A DNA stretch of 33,737 nt from Spirochaetales bacterium (lineage in GTDB: Bacteria; Spirochaetota; Spirochaetia; SZUA-6; DRHE01), in the NCBI GenBank assembly GCA_016935715.1, contig JAFGQJ010000112.1, positions 1 through 33,737 of the forward strand, written 5' to 3'. Shown here one piece after another: positions 1 to 9,746 of the stretch. The notes under the pieces are model-generated. The model searched no databases and had not been told where the DNA came from. It saw only the letters and a program-made list of their open reading frames with translations. Every line of letters begins with the position of its first letter. Position 1 is the stretch's first letter. The position numbers and the translations under genes were made by a program.

Positions 1-6
1 CCGTGA

Positions 7-36
7 TTGCAGGACCGAGCCGGAATGTGGTATAAG
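7..36 (+). promoter_or_regulatory. Candidate sigma70 promoter of the V/A-ATPase operon
   Basis: TTGCAG (7-12), 18-nt spacer ending in TG-n (extended -10), TATAAG (31-36). A purine-rich GGGAGAGG follows before ATG 61. Confidence 0.5.
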
Positions 37-60
37 GGTCGGGAGAGGTGGGATGAGCTC

Positions 61-381
61 ATGCAGGAAATCGTAACCAAGGTACTGGAAGCCGAGCAGG
101 CCGCGGAGCAGCGCATCCAGGAAGCCCGCAGCAAAGCCGCAGAGATCCGCGCCCGGTCGGATCGGGATGTCCAGGCCCGGCTGCAGGAGGCCCGCGAGCA
201 GGCGGGAAAGCGATCCCAGGAGATCCTGGAAAAAGCCCGCGCTCAGGTCCGGGCGGAGCATGACAAGTCCCTGAAGCAGGCCCAGGGAGAGAGCCGGGAG
301 TTTTTTCAAAGCCACGAACATGACATCGAACGCGCCGCGGAGGCGGTGATCAGGCTGGTCACGGCTTCGGAGTGGTCTTGA
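61..381 (+). CDS. atpH: V/A-type ATP synthase subunit H/G (peripheral stalk)
   Basis: Short, highly charged A/E/R/Q-rich coiled-coil protein (VLEAEQAAEQRIQEARSKAAEI) and first gene of the operon. ATG 61 is preferred over the track's TTG 7, which coincides with the -35 box. Confidence 0.75.
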   Translation: MQEIVTKVLEAEQAAEQRIQEARSKAAEIRARSDRDVQARLQEAREQAGKRSQEILEKARAQVRAEHDKSLKQAQGESREFFQSHEHDIERAAEAVIRLVTASEWS

Positions 382-409
382 GGATCTGCGCGCGCCCTGG
401 ACGCGCTCC

Positions 410-441
410 GGTTTCGCGGTACCGGAAGGTTCCGCGAAGCC
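410..441 (+). other. Intergenic stem-loop with GGAA (GNRA) tetraloop
   Basis: GGTTTCGCGG-T-ACC-GGAA-GGT-T-CCGCGAAGCC: 10-bp plus 3-bp stem with one G-U pair, no U-tract. Confidence 0.6.
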
Positions 442-471
442 CACAGATTCGATCACGGCTGTGCGGAACGG

Positions 472-1551
472 GTGAGGATTGTGGCAGGACCCCTTAAAAC
501 CTACGCCTTCATCAATGCCAAGCTGCGGACCCGGATCAGCAAGATCCTGCCGCAGGAGTTCATCCGGCAGCTGGTGCGCTCCCGCTCCCTGGCGGAGAGC
601 GTGCAGATGCTGGCGGAAACGGATTTCGCGCCGGTGCAGAAAATCTACGAACAAACGGGGGACATCAAAAGCGCGGAGCTCGAGATGCTCTCCGAAGAGC
701 TGGCGATCTACCTGGAGCTGGAGAAGCTGGTGGAAGAGGAGGTGCGCGGCTTCGTTCACGCCCTCAGCATGCGCTTCGAGACGGAAAACCTGAAAAACGC
801 ACTGCGCCTCTGGTTCGACAGGCGGATCCGGGGACGAAGCATCGAGGATGCGCTGAGCTATCTTCTGCGTGAACCGATCCATCACCCCATCGACCTCGAT
901 GCAGTGATCCACGCCGACACGCTGGAGCAGGCCGCCGAACGGCTGCAGGCCACCCCCTACGGCGCAATCGTGCGGCAGCACGCGGGACGGGTTATGGAGG
1001 ACTCCAGCCTGTTTTCACTGGAGCTGGCCCTGGACCGGTTCCAGTTCGGACGTCTGGTGCAGGCGGCGGATCAGCTTACGCCCCGAGACCGGGACATCGC
1101 CCAGCGCCTGATCGGGGTGGAAATCGATCTGCAGAATATCGGCTGGCTGATCCGTTTCAAGCACTTCTACTCCCTGGATGTGGAGCAGGCGCTTGGCAGC
1201 ACCCTTCCCGGGGGGTTGAACCTGGCTCCGGAGCTGATGCGGGCCAGCTACGAGTCGGAGCACACCGATCGGGAGATCTCCACCCTGGTGGGAAGGCGCT
1301 ACCCGGAGATCGCTCCCCTGCTGGCCTCCCGGGATCAGACCAGGATCACCTCCCGCCTGACCATGATCGAACGAGTCCTCGGGCAGATCATGACGATCGA
1401 GGTGCGAAAAATCCTGGCCGGCTACCCCTTCACAATCGGAATCATTATGGCCTATTTTATTCTCAAGAGCGACGAGATGCGAAAAATCATGACCGTTCTG
1501 AACGCCAAGTTCTACGAATGGCCGGAGGAAAGCATCCTGGCACTGATCTAG
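472..1551 (+). CDS. atpC: V/A-type ATP synthase subunit C (d)
   Basis: YAFINAKLR N-terminus, EIDLQNIGWLIR, and C-terminal PFTIGIIMAYFILK. About 360 aa, in operon context. The start could instead be GTG 481. Confidence 0.9.
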   Translation: MRIVAGPLKTYAFINAKLRTRISKILPQEFIRQLVRSRSLAESVQMLAETDFAPVQKIYEQTGDIKSAELEMLSEELAIYLELEKLVEEEVRGFVHALSMRFETENLKNALRLWFDRRIRGRSIEDALSYLLREPIHHPIDLDAVIHADTLEQAAERLQATPYGAIVRQHAGRVMEDSSLFSLELALDRFQFGRLVQAADQLTPRDRDIAQRLIGVEIDLQNIGWLIRFKHFYSLDVEQALGSTLPGGLNLAPELMRASYESEHTDREISTLVGRRYPEIAPLLASRDQTRITSRLTMIERVLGQIMTIEVRKILAGYPFTIGIIMAYFILKSDEMRKIMTVLNAKFYEWPEESILALI

Positions 1552-1558
1552 AGGCGCT

Positions 1559-3583
1559 ATGATCTTCACCGAACCGATGCAGCAGGTCGTGGCCGTGGTT
1601 CTCGATCACCACGCCGACGCGGTAACCAAGGAGCTTCTGCGCCTTGGGCTGCTTCACTTCGTGAGCATTACCGAGGTCGACCGGGAGGTGGGCGCGAAGG
1701 TGGAGGCGGTGGTGCCGGCGCTGGCAGAAGCGGGAATCACGGAGATACGCCGGCGGATAGAGGGTTTCTTCGCCATGGTGAAGGAGAAACCTCCGACAGG
1801 AGAGGACCTCAAGGTGGAGGATCTGCAGGCGGTCGACCTGGATGAAACGACCAGGGTTCTCGATACCCTGGCCGCTTCGGTTCAGGAAATCCGGGATCGC
1901 CAGAACGTCCGCCAGCAGGAAATCCTCCGGCTTCAGGATATCCAGCGGCAGCTGCAGATGTTCGGCAACCTGAGCGAGGTGGTGGAAGCCCGCTCCCAGT
2001 ATTCCTTCCTCAGTGTCCATACCGGCTCCATCCGCAGCTCCCTTCTCGAGCCCTTCGAGCAGGCCCTGGCAGAAGTTCCGAACGTGGTGATGGAGATGGG
2101 TGCCCAGGACAACCGGACCCTGCTGCTTCTGATCGCCATGAAGCGAGACGAGGGACAGCTGGACCACGTGCTGGACAAGTTCGAGTGGACCGACGTTCAT
2201 CTCCCCCGGGAACTGTCCGGAAAAAAGGAACAGGTACGGGAGGAATTGGAGAACAAGCTGCGGCTTCTGAAGGACGAGCAGGAACAGCTGAGATCTCGGG
2301 CGGAATCTCTGGTCCGGGAGAAGCTTCCAGCCCTGGAGCAGATGTGGAGAAACCTGCGTCTCAATGAGCTCTACGCGCGCGTGCAGTCCTTCTTCAGCAA
2401 GACCGCCCGAACCGTCATATTTTCAGGGTGGCTGCCTTCCGGTAAACGGCCCGTCGTGACCGAGGCGGTGCGCCGCGTCACCGACGGCCAGTGCTATCTG
2501 GAATGGCACCGGGGGCGGGAGGTTTCCAGGGAGCATCCGGCTTCGGTGCCGGTTCAGATGCACAATCCCCGCTTCCTCTCCCCCTTCCAGATGCTGGTCA
2601 CCAACTATTCGGTCCCGGAGTACGGCACCATCGATCCCACGCCCCTGGTGGCCGTGGCCTACCTGATCATGTTCGGCCTGATGTTCGGCGACGCCGGGCA
2701 CGGCGCAGTATTGATCCTGGTGGGAGCGCTCGGCTCCATTTTGAACCGGGACGCTCGTCAGGGGGTGCGCGACCTTCTGCGCCTGATCGCCTACTGCGGA
2801 GGTGCCGCTGTGGTCGCCGGCGTCCTGTTCGGCTCGTATTTCGGAATGCAGTGGTTTGAACCTCTGTGGTTCGACTACCACGCGGTGGTGGCCGGACACG
2901 GGGGAGGGGGTCTGGTGAGCGATATCTACGGGATCCTGGTGATCACCATCTATTTCGGCATCGCCGTCATCGCCCTGGGGCTGGCGCTCAACTGGATCAA
3001 CTGCGTGGCCAAACGGAGATGGTTTCGACTGATCTTCGACAAGGGAGGCCTGATCGGCGGCTGGATCTACGCGGCCGGGGTGTACGCGGCCACGTACTTC
3101 GTCAGGCATGATTACAGGCAGCTGCCTGACGCAAATCTTCTCATTTTCCTGATCGGCATCCCCGTGCTGATCCTGACCCTCAAGCCGGCGCTGGAGTACC
3201 TGCTTCACAAGCCGCGCAAACCCTTCACCCTGCTCACCCCGGTGGATTTTTTCATGGAATGGATCGTGGAGATCCTGGAGATCTTCTCCGGCTACCTTGC
3301 CAACACCCTCTCCTTCATGCGGGTGGCGGGCCTGGGAATCGCCCACGTCAGCCTGATGATGGCTTTCTTCTCGATCGCCGGCATGATCGGCGGACCTTCC
3401 GGGAGCTTCACCGTTGGTTCCTATCTCGTCTTGATCGCCGGCAACGTACTGGTTATCCTTCTGGAGGGTTTGTCCGCGGGAATCCAGTCATTGAGGCTGA
3501 ACTACTACGAGTTCTTCTCCAAATATTTCAGCGGCTCCGGACGGGCCTATGCCCCGGTGTCGCTGCATAAAACTTCTGCTTAG
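1559..3583 (+). CDS. atpI: V/A-type ATP synthase subunit I (a)
   Basis: Soluble N-terminal half, then P-x-Y-x2-IDPT, FGLMFGDAGHG, NTLSFMR (essential Arg) and LRLNYYEFFSKYF, with multiple TM segments. Confidence 0.96.
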   Translation: MIFTEPMQQVVAVVLDHHADAVTKELLRLGLLHFVSITEVDREVGAKVEAVVPALAEAGITEIRRRIEGFFAMVKEKPPTGEDLKVEDLQAVDLDETTRVLDTLAASVQEIRDRQNVRQQEILRLQDIQRQLQMFGNLSEVVEARSQYSFLSVHTGSIRSSLLEPFEQALAEVPNVVMEMGAQDNRTLLLLIAMKRDEGQLDHVLDKFEWTDVHLPRELSGKKEQVREELENKLRLLKDEQEQLRSRAESLVREKLPALEQMWRNLRLNELYARVQSFFSKTARTVIFSGWLPSGKRPVVTEAVRRVTDGQCYLEWHRGREVSREHPASVPVQMHNPRFLSPFQMLVTNYSVPEYGTIDPTPLVAVAYLIMFGLMFGDAGHGAVLILVGALGSILNRDARQGVRDLLRLIAYCGGAAVVAGVLFGSYFGMQWFEPLWFDYHAVVAGHGGGGLVSDIYGILVITIYFGIAVIALGLALNWINCVAKRRWFRLIFDKGGLIGGWIYAAGVYAATYFVRHDYRQLPDANLLIFLIGIPVLILTLKPALEYLLHKPRKPFTLLTPVDFFMEWIVEILEIFSGYLANTLSFMRVAGLGIAHVSLMMAFFSIAGMIGGPSGSFTVGSYLVLIAGNVLVILLEGLSAGIQSLRLNYYEFFSKYFSGSGRAYAPVSLHKTSA

Positions 3584-3592
3584 GAGGAAGGG

Positions 3593-3967
3593 GTGGAAAA
3601 AACAAACAGAACGAGATTCAGACGGAAGATCTTCTTGAGCCTGGTCTTTCTTTTTGCCTTCTTCGTCATGTTCGGGATGGTCTCGGTGGTGCGGGTCTTC
3701 GCCCAGGAACAGGCACCGCCGGCCGAGGTGGAGATGACCGCCGAACGCGCTTCGGTGGCCCGCTTCGGCCTGATGGCCGCAGCCATCGCGTTCGGTTTCG
3801 GCGCGATCGGTGCCGGCATAGCCATCGCCAACGTGGGGGCGGCCGCCATGGGCGCCATCGGTGAGAGGCCGGAGATTGCCAGCCAGGCCCTGATCTTCAT
3901 AGCCCTGGCCGAAGGTCTGGTGGTCTTCGGATTCATCACCGCTCTGATGATCCTGGGGAGAATATAG
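3593..3967 (+). CDS. atpK: V/A-type ATP synthase proteolipid subunit K (c), single hairpin with N-terminal leader
   Basis: GAIGAGIAIANVGAAAMGAIGERPE and IFIALAEGLVVFG (ion-binding Glu). SD AGGAGG lies upstream of the GTG. Confidence 0.93.
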   Translation: MEKTNRTRFRRKIFLSLVFLFAFFVMFGMVSVVRVFAQEQAPPAEVEMTAERASVARFGLMAAAIAFGFGAIGAGIAIANVGAAAMGAIGERPEIASQALIFIALAEGLVVFGFITALMILGRI

Positions 3968-3985
3968 GACGATAGGCTCGAGAGA

Positions 3986-4291
3986 ATGCGCTACTTCATC
4001 ATCGGGGATGAGGATGCCGTGCTCGGTTTCGGACTGGTCGGTGTGGCAGGAACGGCCGCCACCAGCGTCGCTCAGGCCCAGGAGGCCTTTAACGCGGCCA
4101 TGGAGCAGTCGGACATCGGGATCATCATCATCACCGAGCGGGTGGCCGATCTGATTCGTCCCCAGGTGGATCGCTTCATCTTCACCCGGAATTTCCCGCT
4201 GATCGTGGAGATCCCGGACCGGCAGGGACCTCTTCCCGGTAAACCGGGAATCCGGGAGATGGTCAACCAGGCAATAGGTATCAAGCTATGA
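3986..4291 (+). CDS. atpF: V/A-type ATP synthase subunit F
   Basis: IIGDEDAVLGFGLVGV, IGIIIITE, PLIVEIP and QAIG motifs; 101 aa. Confidence 0.94.
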   Translation: MRYFIIGDEDAVLGFGLVGVAGTAATSVAQAQEAFNAAMEQSDIGIIIITERVADLIRPQVDRFIFTRNFPLIVEIPDRQGPLPGKPGIREMVNQAIGIKL

Positions 4292-4956
4292 GCGATCGCA
4301 GGAGGCGGAACCAGCAGGCGGAGCAGGACACGGAGCAGCAGGCGGATCTGATCGACGGCATCGCTCAGGATGCCGGGGCGGAGGCTGAGAAGATCATCAG
4401 CGAAGCCGAAAAAGCGGCGGAGGAGCGGATCCGGGCCGCCGAGGAACAGGCCAGGGCCGTGGTCCAGCAGGCGGAGAGCAGGGCCGAGGAACAAGCGGAG
4501 CGCATCCGTACTCAATCCGCCTCCTCACTGCTCATGGAGCACCGGCGCACGCACTTGAAGCTGCAGGAGCAGGTGGTTCAGGAGGTGCTCTCCCGGGTTC
4601 GGCAGCAGCTCGCCGGGATGATCGGCAAGCCGGCGTACCGGGAGGTGCTGCTGGCCTGGATCGTGGAAGGGGCGATCGGACTGGATGTGGAGCAAGCGAC
4701 CGTGAACGCCTCCGCGGCCGAACGGAAGCAGATCGACAAACGGCTGCTTCAGGATGCCCAGGGCAAGGTCGCGGAGCTCACGGGGAGGAAGGTGAGCCTG
4801 ACCCTGGCGGAGGACGGTCCCCTGATCCCCCAGGGGGTGGTGCTGAAGGCCGCGGACGGACGGGTGGAGTTCAACAATCAGGTGGCCACCAGGCTGCTGC
4901 GCCGGCAGTCGGAAATTCGCAAAATGATCCAAGATATAATATGGAAGAACGAATAA
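4288..4956 (+). CDS. atpE: V/A-type ATP synthase subunit E
   Basis: Coiled-coil N-terminus and C-terminal GVVLKAADGRVEFNN; ATGA overlap with subunit F. Confidence 0.88.
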   Translation: MSDRRRRNQQAEQDTEQQADLIDGIAQDAGAEAEKIISEAEKAAEERIRAAEEQARAVVQQAESRAEEQAERIRTQSASSLLMEHRRTHLKLQEQVVQEVLSRVRQQLAGMIGKPAYREVLLAWIVEGAIGLDVEQATVNASAAERKQIDKRLLQDAQGKVAELTGRKVSLTLAEDGPLIPQGVVLKAADGRVEFNNQVATRLLRRQSEIRKMIQDIIWKNE

Positions 4957-6719
4957 TCGGACAGGTAAGGCGGGTCAACGGTCCGGTCATCGAAGCCGCC
5001 GGCGTCAGCGACGCCATGATGCTGGAGCTGGTGCGGGTGGGGGAGGTGCGCCTGGTCGGGGAGGTCATCAAGCTGGCCGGAAATCGGGCCATCATCCAGG
5101 TCTACGAGGACACCACCGGAATCGCTCCGGGAGACAACATCTTCGGTTCCGGAAGTCCCCTGTCCGTGGAGCTGGGCCCGGGATTGATCGGGACCATATA
5201 CGACGGCATCCAGCGGCCCCTGGAGCGAATCCTGGCCCTGTCCGGAAACTTCATCGAGAGGGGCATCCGCGCAGCCTCCCTGGATCGGGAGAAGAAGTGG
5301 CTGTTCCATCCGGCCGATCTTGCTGCCGGCTCTCAGGTGAGCGGAGGCGTCGTTGTCGGCACGGTGCAGGAAACCGAGCGGATCGAACACCGCATCCTGC
5401 TTCCCCCCGACGCGGGGGGAACATTGAAGTCCCTGGCCGTCGAAGGGGAGTACACGGTGGAAGAGCCGATCGCCCTGATCGAAAGCGAAGGCGGGGAGCG
5501 GGCCGTGCCCATGATGCAGCGCTGGCCCATCCGCACCCCCAGACCCACGGGCGAACGACTGCCGGCGAACCGCCCCCTGATTACCGGGCAGAGGGTCATC
5601 GACACCCTCTTTCCCGTAGTCCGGGGAGGCACCGTGGCCATCCCGGGGGGGTTCGGGACGGGCAAGACCATGACCCAGCATGCCATCGCCAAGTGGTGCG
5701 ACGCGCAGATCATCGTGTACATCGGCTGCGGCGAGCGGGGCAACGAGATGACCGACGTTCTCAGCGAATTTCCCAAGCTCATCGATCCCCGAACCGGGCG
5801 CAGCCTGATGGAGCGCACCGTGCTGATAGCCAACACCTCGAACATGCCCGTGTCCGCCCGGGAAGCCTCGATCTACACCGGGGCGACCCTGGCCGAGTAC
5901 TACCGCGACCAGGGCTACGACGTGGCGGTCATGGCGGACTCCACCTCCCGCTGGGCCGAGGCGCTGCGGGAGCTCTCGGGGCGCATGGAGGAGATGCCGG
6001 CGGAGGAGGGCTTTCCCGCCTACCTGCCCACCCGCATAGCCGAGTTTTACGAGCGGGCCGGATCCATGAACACTCTGGCCGGCCAGAGAGGCTCGGTATC
6101 CATGGTGGGGGCGGTGTCCCCTCCCGGGGGGGATTTCTCCGAGCCGGTGACCCAGCACACCAAACGCTTCGTACGCTGCTTCTGGGCTCTGGACCGCCAG
6201 CTGGCCAACGCCCGCCACTACCCGGCCATCTCCTGGCTGGAGAGCTACAGCGAGTACGTAGAGGAGGTCACCCCCTGGTGGGAGCAGGAAGTGGGAGGCG
6301 ATTGGACGAAGGACCGGGCGGAGATCCTGGATCTGCTGCACCGGGAGGTGAGGCTGCAGCAGGTGGTCAAGCTGGTCGGGCCCGATGCCCTGCCGGACAG
6401 CCAGCGATTCGTAATCGAAGTCTGCTCCCTGTTCAAGAACGCCTTCCTGCAGCAGAATGCCTTCGACGACGTGGACCGCTACTCCACGGTGGACAAGCAG
6501 AGCCGGATGCTCGCCATCATTTTGACCTACTGGCGCCGGGGGGCCGAGGCGATCCGGCGGGGGATGACCCTGGTCCGGCTGAGGCGCATGAAGGTGCTCC
6601 AGGACGTGGTGAAGATGAAGTTCACGATCGCCAATGACGATGCCCGGGGCTTCGACAAGCTGGCCGCCCGCCTTGAGCGCTCCCTCGATCAGCTGGAGGA
6701 GATCTATGAGGAAAAGTAA
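4941..6719 (+). CDS. atpA: V/A-type ATP synthase catalytic subunit A
   Basis: P-loop [29 protein letters not shown] and [14 protein letters not shown]. No intein (592 aa). Confidence 0.99.
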   Translation: MEERIIGQVRRVNGPVIEAAGVSDAMMLELVRVGEVRLVGEVIKLAGNRAIIQVYEDTTGIAPGDNIFGSGSPLSVELGPGLIGTIYDGIQRPLERILALSGNFIERGIRAASLDREKKWLFHPADLAAGSQVSGGVVVGTVQETERIEHRILLPPDAGGTLKSLAVEGEYTVEEPIALIESEGGERAVPMMQRWPIRTPRPTGERLPANRPLITGQRVIDTLFPVVRGGTVAIPGGFGTGKTMTQHAIAKWCDAQIIVYIGCGERGNEMTDVLSEFPKLIDPRTGRSLMERTVLIANTSNMPVSAREASIYTGATLAEYYRDQGYDVAVMADSTSRWAEALRELSGRMEEMPAEEGFPAYLPTRIAEFYERAGSMNTLAGQRGSVSMVGAVSPPGGDFSEPVTQHTKRFVRCFWALDRQLANARHYPAISWLESYSEYVEEVTPWWEQEVGGDWTKDRAEILDLLHREVRLQQVVKLVGPDALPDSQRFVIEVCSLFKNAFLQQNAFDDVDRYSTVDKQSRMLAIILTYWRRGAEAIRRGMTLVRLRRMKVLQDVVKMKFTIANDDARGFDKLAARLERSLDQLEEIYEEK

Positions 6720-8133
6720 AAACTCCACCGGCGATTTGGAAGAGGCCCAGAAGCGCCTTCTGGCCGGCCGGGAGTACATCGGGGTGGATCGCATCGAGGG
6801 ACCCCTGGTGTTCGTGCGCAACACACACCCGGTGGGCTACCGGGACCTGGTGGAATGCGTGGATCCCGGCGGGGATACCCGGCTGGGCATCGTCCTGGAC
6901 ACTTCCGCGGACATCGTGGTGGTGCAGGTGTTCGCCGGTACTTCGGGGCTGACCATGCCGGGAACCCACGTCCGCTTCCGGGGGGAGCCCCATACCCTCC
7001 CGGTCAGCGACAGGATGCTGGGACGGGTGTTCAACGGCCTGGGCCGGCCGATCGACGGCGGTCCTCCCCCCATCGGAGAGGAGCAGCTGGACGTCAACGG
7101 CAGGCCGATCAATCCCACCGCAAGGGAGTATCCGCGGGATTTCATTCAGACCGGAATATCCGCCATCGACGGCATGAACACGCTGATTCGCGGTCAGAAG
7201 CTGCCGATCTTCTCCGGCAACGGGCTGCCCCACAACGCCCTGGCCGCCCAGATCGCCCGGCAGGCCAAGATCCGCGGGGAGGAGAGCCGTTTCGCCGTGG
7301 TCTTCGCCGCCATGGGGGTCAAGCACGATGTGGCCCGTTTCTTCATCGACAGTTTCGAAAGCTCCGGGGTCCTGGAGAACGTGGCCCTGTTTCTCTCCCT
7401 GGCCGACGATCCTTCCATAGAGCGGCTGATCACACCGAGAACCGCCCTTACCCTGGCCGAATACCTGGCCTTCACAAAAGACATGCACGTCCTGGTGATC
7501 ATGACCGACATGTCCAACTACTGCGAGGCCCTGCGGGAGATCTCCACCATCAGGGGGGAGATCCCCTCCCGCAAAGGCTACCCCGGCTACCTGTACTCCG
7601 ACCTGGCGGAGATCTACGAGCGTTCAGGCATGATCAAAGGGTTTACCGGGTCCATAACCCAGGTGCCGATCCTGACCATGCCCAACGACGACATCTCTCA
7701 TCCCATTCCGGATCTGACCGGCTATATAACCGAGGGACAGATCGTGTTCGAGCGGGAGATGGATGCCAGGGGCATCTATCCCCCCGTTGCCGGGCTTCCC
7801 TCCCTGTCCCGGCTGATGAAGGACGGGATCGGCGAAGGCATGACCCGGGCTGATCATCCCCACCTGGCCAGCCAGCTGTTCGCCGCTTACAGCTACGTCA
7901 AGGACGTGCGCAACCTGGCCTCGGTGATCGGAGAGGAGGAACTGACTCCCCTCGATCATCAATACCTCGAGTTCGGGGAGAGCTTTGAACGCAAGTTCGT
8001 CAGCCAGACGAAGAGCGAGGAGCGCACCATCGAAGAGACTCTGGAGCTGGGCTGGGAGGCCTTGAGGCTTCTTCCGGTGGAGGAGCTGCACCGGGTCAGT
8101 GAAGAGGAGATCGAGAAGTACTACGGGGGATAG
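6706..8133 (+). CDS. atpB: V/A-type ATP synthase subunit B
   Basis: [29 protein letters not shown] and [14 protein letters not shown]. Start placed at ATG 6706 (GGAGGA at 6695-6700) rather than the track's 6634. Confidence 0.98.
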   Translation: MRKSKNSTGDLEEAQKRLLAGREYIGVDRIEGPLVFVRNTHPVGYRDLVECVDPGGDTRLGIVLDTSADIVVVQVFAGTSGLTMPGTHVRFRGEPHTLPVSDRMLGRVFNGLGRPIDGGPPPIGEEQLDVNGRPINPTAREYPRDFIQTGISAIDGMNTLIRGQKLPIFSGNGLPHNALAAQIARQAKIRGEESRFAVVFAAMGVKHDVARFFIDSFESSGVLENVALFLSLADDPSIERLITPRTALTLAEYLAFTKDMHVLVIMTDMSNYCEALREISTIRGEIPSRKGYPGYLYSDLAEIYERSGMIKGFTGSITQVPILTMPNDDISHPIPDLTGYITEGQIVFEREMDARGIYPPVAGLPSLSRLMKDGIGEGMTRADHPHLASQLFAAYSYVKDVRNLASVIGEEELTPLDHQYLEFGESFERKFVSQTKSEERTIEETLELGWEALRLLPVEELHRVSEEEIEKYYGG

Positions 8134-8135
8134 GA

Positions 8136-8774
8136 TTGCCGAACGTAGCGCCGACCAAAACCAACCTCCTGCGCATCCGCAATGAGCTGGAGTTCGCCCG
8201 CCTGGGGCACGAGCTGCTGGATCAGAAGCGCAACATCCTGGTCATCGAGCTGCTCAACCTGGTGGACCAGGCGGTTGACTTCCAGGAGCGCGTGATCAAG
8301 GCCCTGGAAGAGGCGTACCGGACCCTGGAACAGGCGGTGCTGCGCATGGGCAAGCTGCGGGTGTCGAATCTGGCCAGCGCGGTGAACATCCGCACGGAGA
8401 TCGAGCTCAAGACCCGCCGGGTGATGGGGGTGCGGCTTCCGGTCGTGGAGACCAGCTTTGCGGAGCATCCACCGTACTTCAGCCCGCTGGGCACCAGTTT
8501 CTGGATCGACAACTCCCTTGAGGAGTTCAAGGAAGCCCTGCAGCTGATGGGACGGCTGGCGGAGCTGAAGATCTCGATCATCCGCCTGGCCGCGGAGGTG
8601 CGCAAGACGATCCGAAAAGTCAATGCACTGGAGAAGATCGCCATTCCCGACCTGGAGCAGACGGTGGGCTTCATCCAGAACAGGCTGGAGGAGAACGAGC
8701 GGGACATGTTCGTTCTGATGAAGATGGTGAAGAACCGTCTGGAAGCAAAGGAGCAAGCGGAGCGAGGAGCATGA
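8136..8774 (+). CDS. atpD: V/A-type ATP synthase subunit D
   Basis: PTKTNLL, GHELLDQKR and KTIRKVNALE; TTG start 2 nt after the subunit B stop. Confidence 0.96.
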   Translation: MPNVAPTKTNLLRIRNELEFARLGHELLDQKRNILVIELLNLVDQAVDFQERVIKALEEAYRTLEQAVLRMGKLRVSNLASAVNIRTEIELKTRRVMGVRLPVVETSFAEHPPYFSPLGTSFWIDNSLEEFKEALQLMGRLAELKISIIRLAAEVRKTIRKVNALEKIAIPDLEQTVGFIQNRLEENERDMFVLMKMVKNRLEAKEQAERGA

Positions 8775-9259
8775 ACGGTCCGATTAAAAAGATTCTCGTA
8801 TACGTCGATGGAACCGAGGGCTCGATCACCGCGGCCCAGTATGCGGTCGTGTTGAGCCGTACGCTTCGTGCCGACCTGGCCGCGTTGTACGTGGTCAACA
8901 CGCGGGCGCTGGATGACCTGCTCAAGGCCCGGATTTTCATCAAGGCCGAGGAGGAGGAGTACAAGCGCGACCTGGAAGCGGACGCCAACCGCTATCTGAA
9001 CCACGTGCAGAGCCTGGCCCGCAAGAAGGGGCTGGCCATCGAAACGGTCAGCGTCAGTGGAGCCGTCCATCAGGAGATCAAAAAGTACGTGCAGGAGAAG
9101 GACATCGATCTTCTGGTGATCGGCGAGCTGTCCCACGTGCGCAGCCGCCGGGATGAGTTCTACAATGAGGCCGAGCGGGCCATGCGCAGCGTTGCCTGCT
9201 CCGTGCTGATCGTGAAAGATGAAGACCGGGTTTGGGAACTTTACGACGCCCTGACCTGA
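8771..9259 (+). CDS. Universal stress protein (UspA family, single domain)
   Basis: IKKILVYVDGTEGS N-terminus, IDLLVIG and CSVLIVK; ATGA overlap with atpD. Confidence 0.9.
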   Translation: MNGPIKKILVYVDGTEGSITAAQYAVVLSRTLRADLAALYVVNTRALDDLLKARIFIKAEEEEYKRDLEADANRYLNHVQSLARKKGLAIETVSVSGAVHQEIKKYVQEKDIDLLVIGELSHVRSRRDEFYNEAERAMRSVACSVLIVKDEDRVWELYDALT

Positions 9260-9280
9260 GCTGTAGAGAAAGGATTGACT

Positions 9281-9730
9281 ATGGCACTAGTTGATTTGAT
9301 TCGACCGGAGGTTGTCAAGGTTCCCCTGGTCTCCACCACCAAACCGGAGGTGATTCGGGAGCTCGTGGAGTGCTTGAGGGACGCCGGCAAAATTTCGGAC
9401 GTGGAGTCGGTGTACGACGCCCTGATGAAGCGGGAGAGCATGGGTTCCACCGGTCTGGAGCAGGGCATCGCCGTACCCCACGCCAAGACCCCGGCCGTCA
9501 ACGCCCTGACCGTGGCGTTGGGCATCTCGCCCAGGGGAATCGATTTCCAGGCAATTGACGGCAACCCATCCAGGTTGTTCTTTCTGCTGCTCGCGCCGCC
9601 GGACCAGTCCGGTCCCCACATCGAGGCTCTGGCGGACATCGCCCGCATCACCAAAAGCCAGGCCTTCTGCCGCACCGTGATCGGCTCCACCTCTCCGCAG
9701 GAGGTGGTGGAGCTGTTCAGCGAAGATTGA
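9281..9730 (+). CDS. Stand-alone PTS EIIA component (Fru/Mtl/Ntr family, PtsN-like)
   Basis: RESMGSTGLEQGIAVPHA carries the phospho-accepting His, plus GIDFQAIDG. AAAGGA SD precedes ATG 9281. Confidence 0.92.
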   Translation: MALVDLIRPEVVKVPLVSTTKPEVIRELVECLRDAGKISDVESVYDALMKRESMGSTGLEQGIAVPHAKTPAVNALTVALGISPRGIDFQAIDGNPSRLFFLLLAPPDQSGPHIEALADIARITKSQAFCRTVIGSTSPQEVVELFSED

Positions 9731-9746
9731 GCTCAAAGGATCTGAT

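Noticed and set aside
4878-6824. 648-aa antisense ORF over atpA, and the 446-aa alternative-frame ORF 5297-6637
   Set aside because: Shadow ORFs caused by GC-rich codon bias. They show no recognisable motifs and overlap a highly conserved gene.
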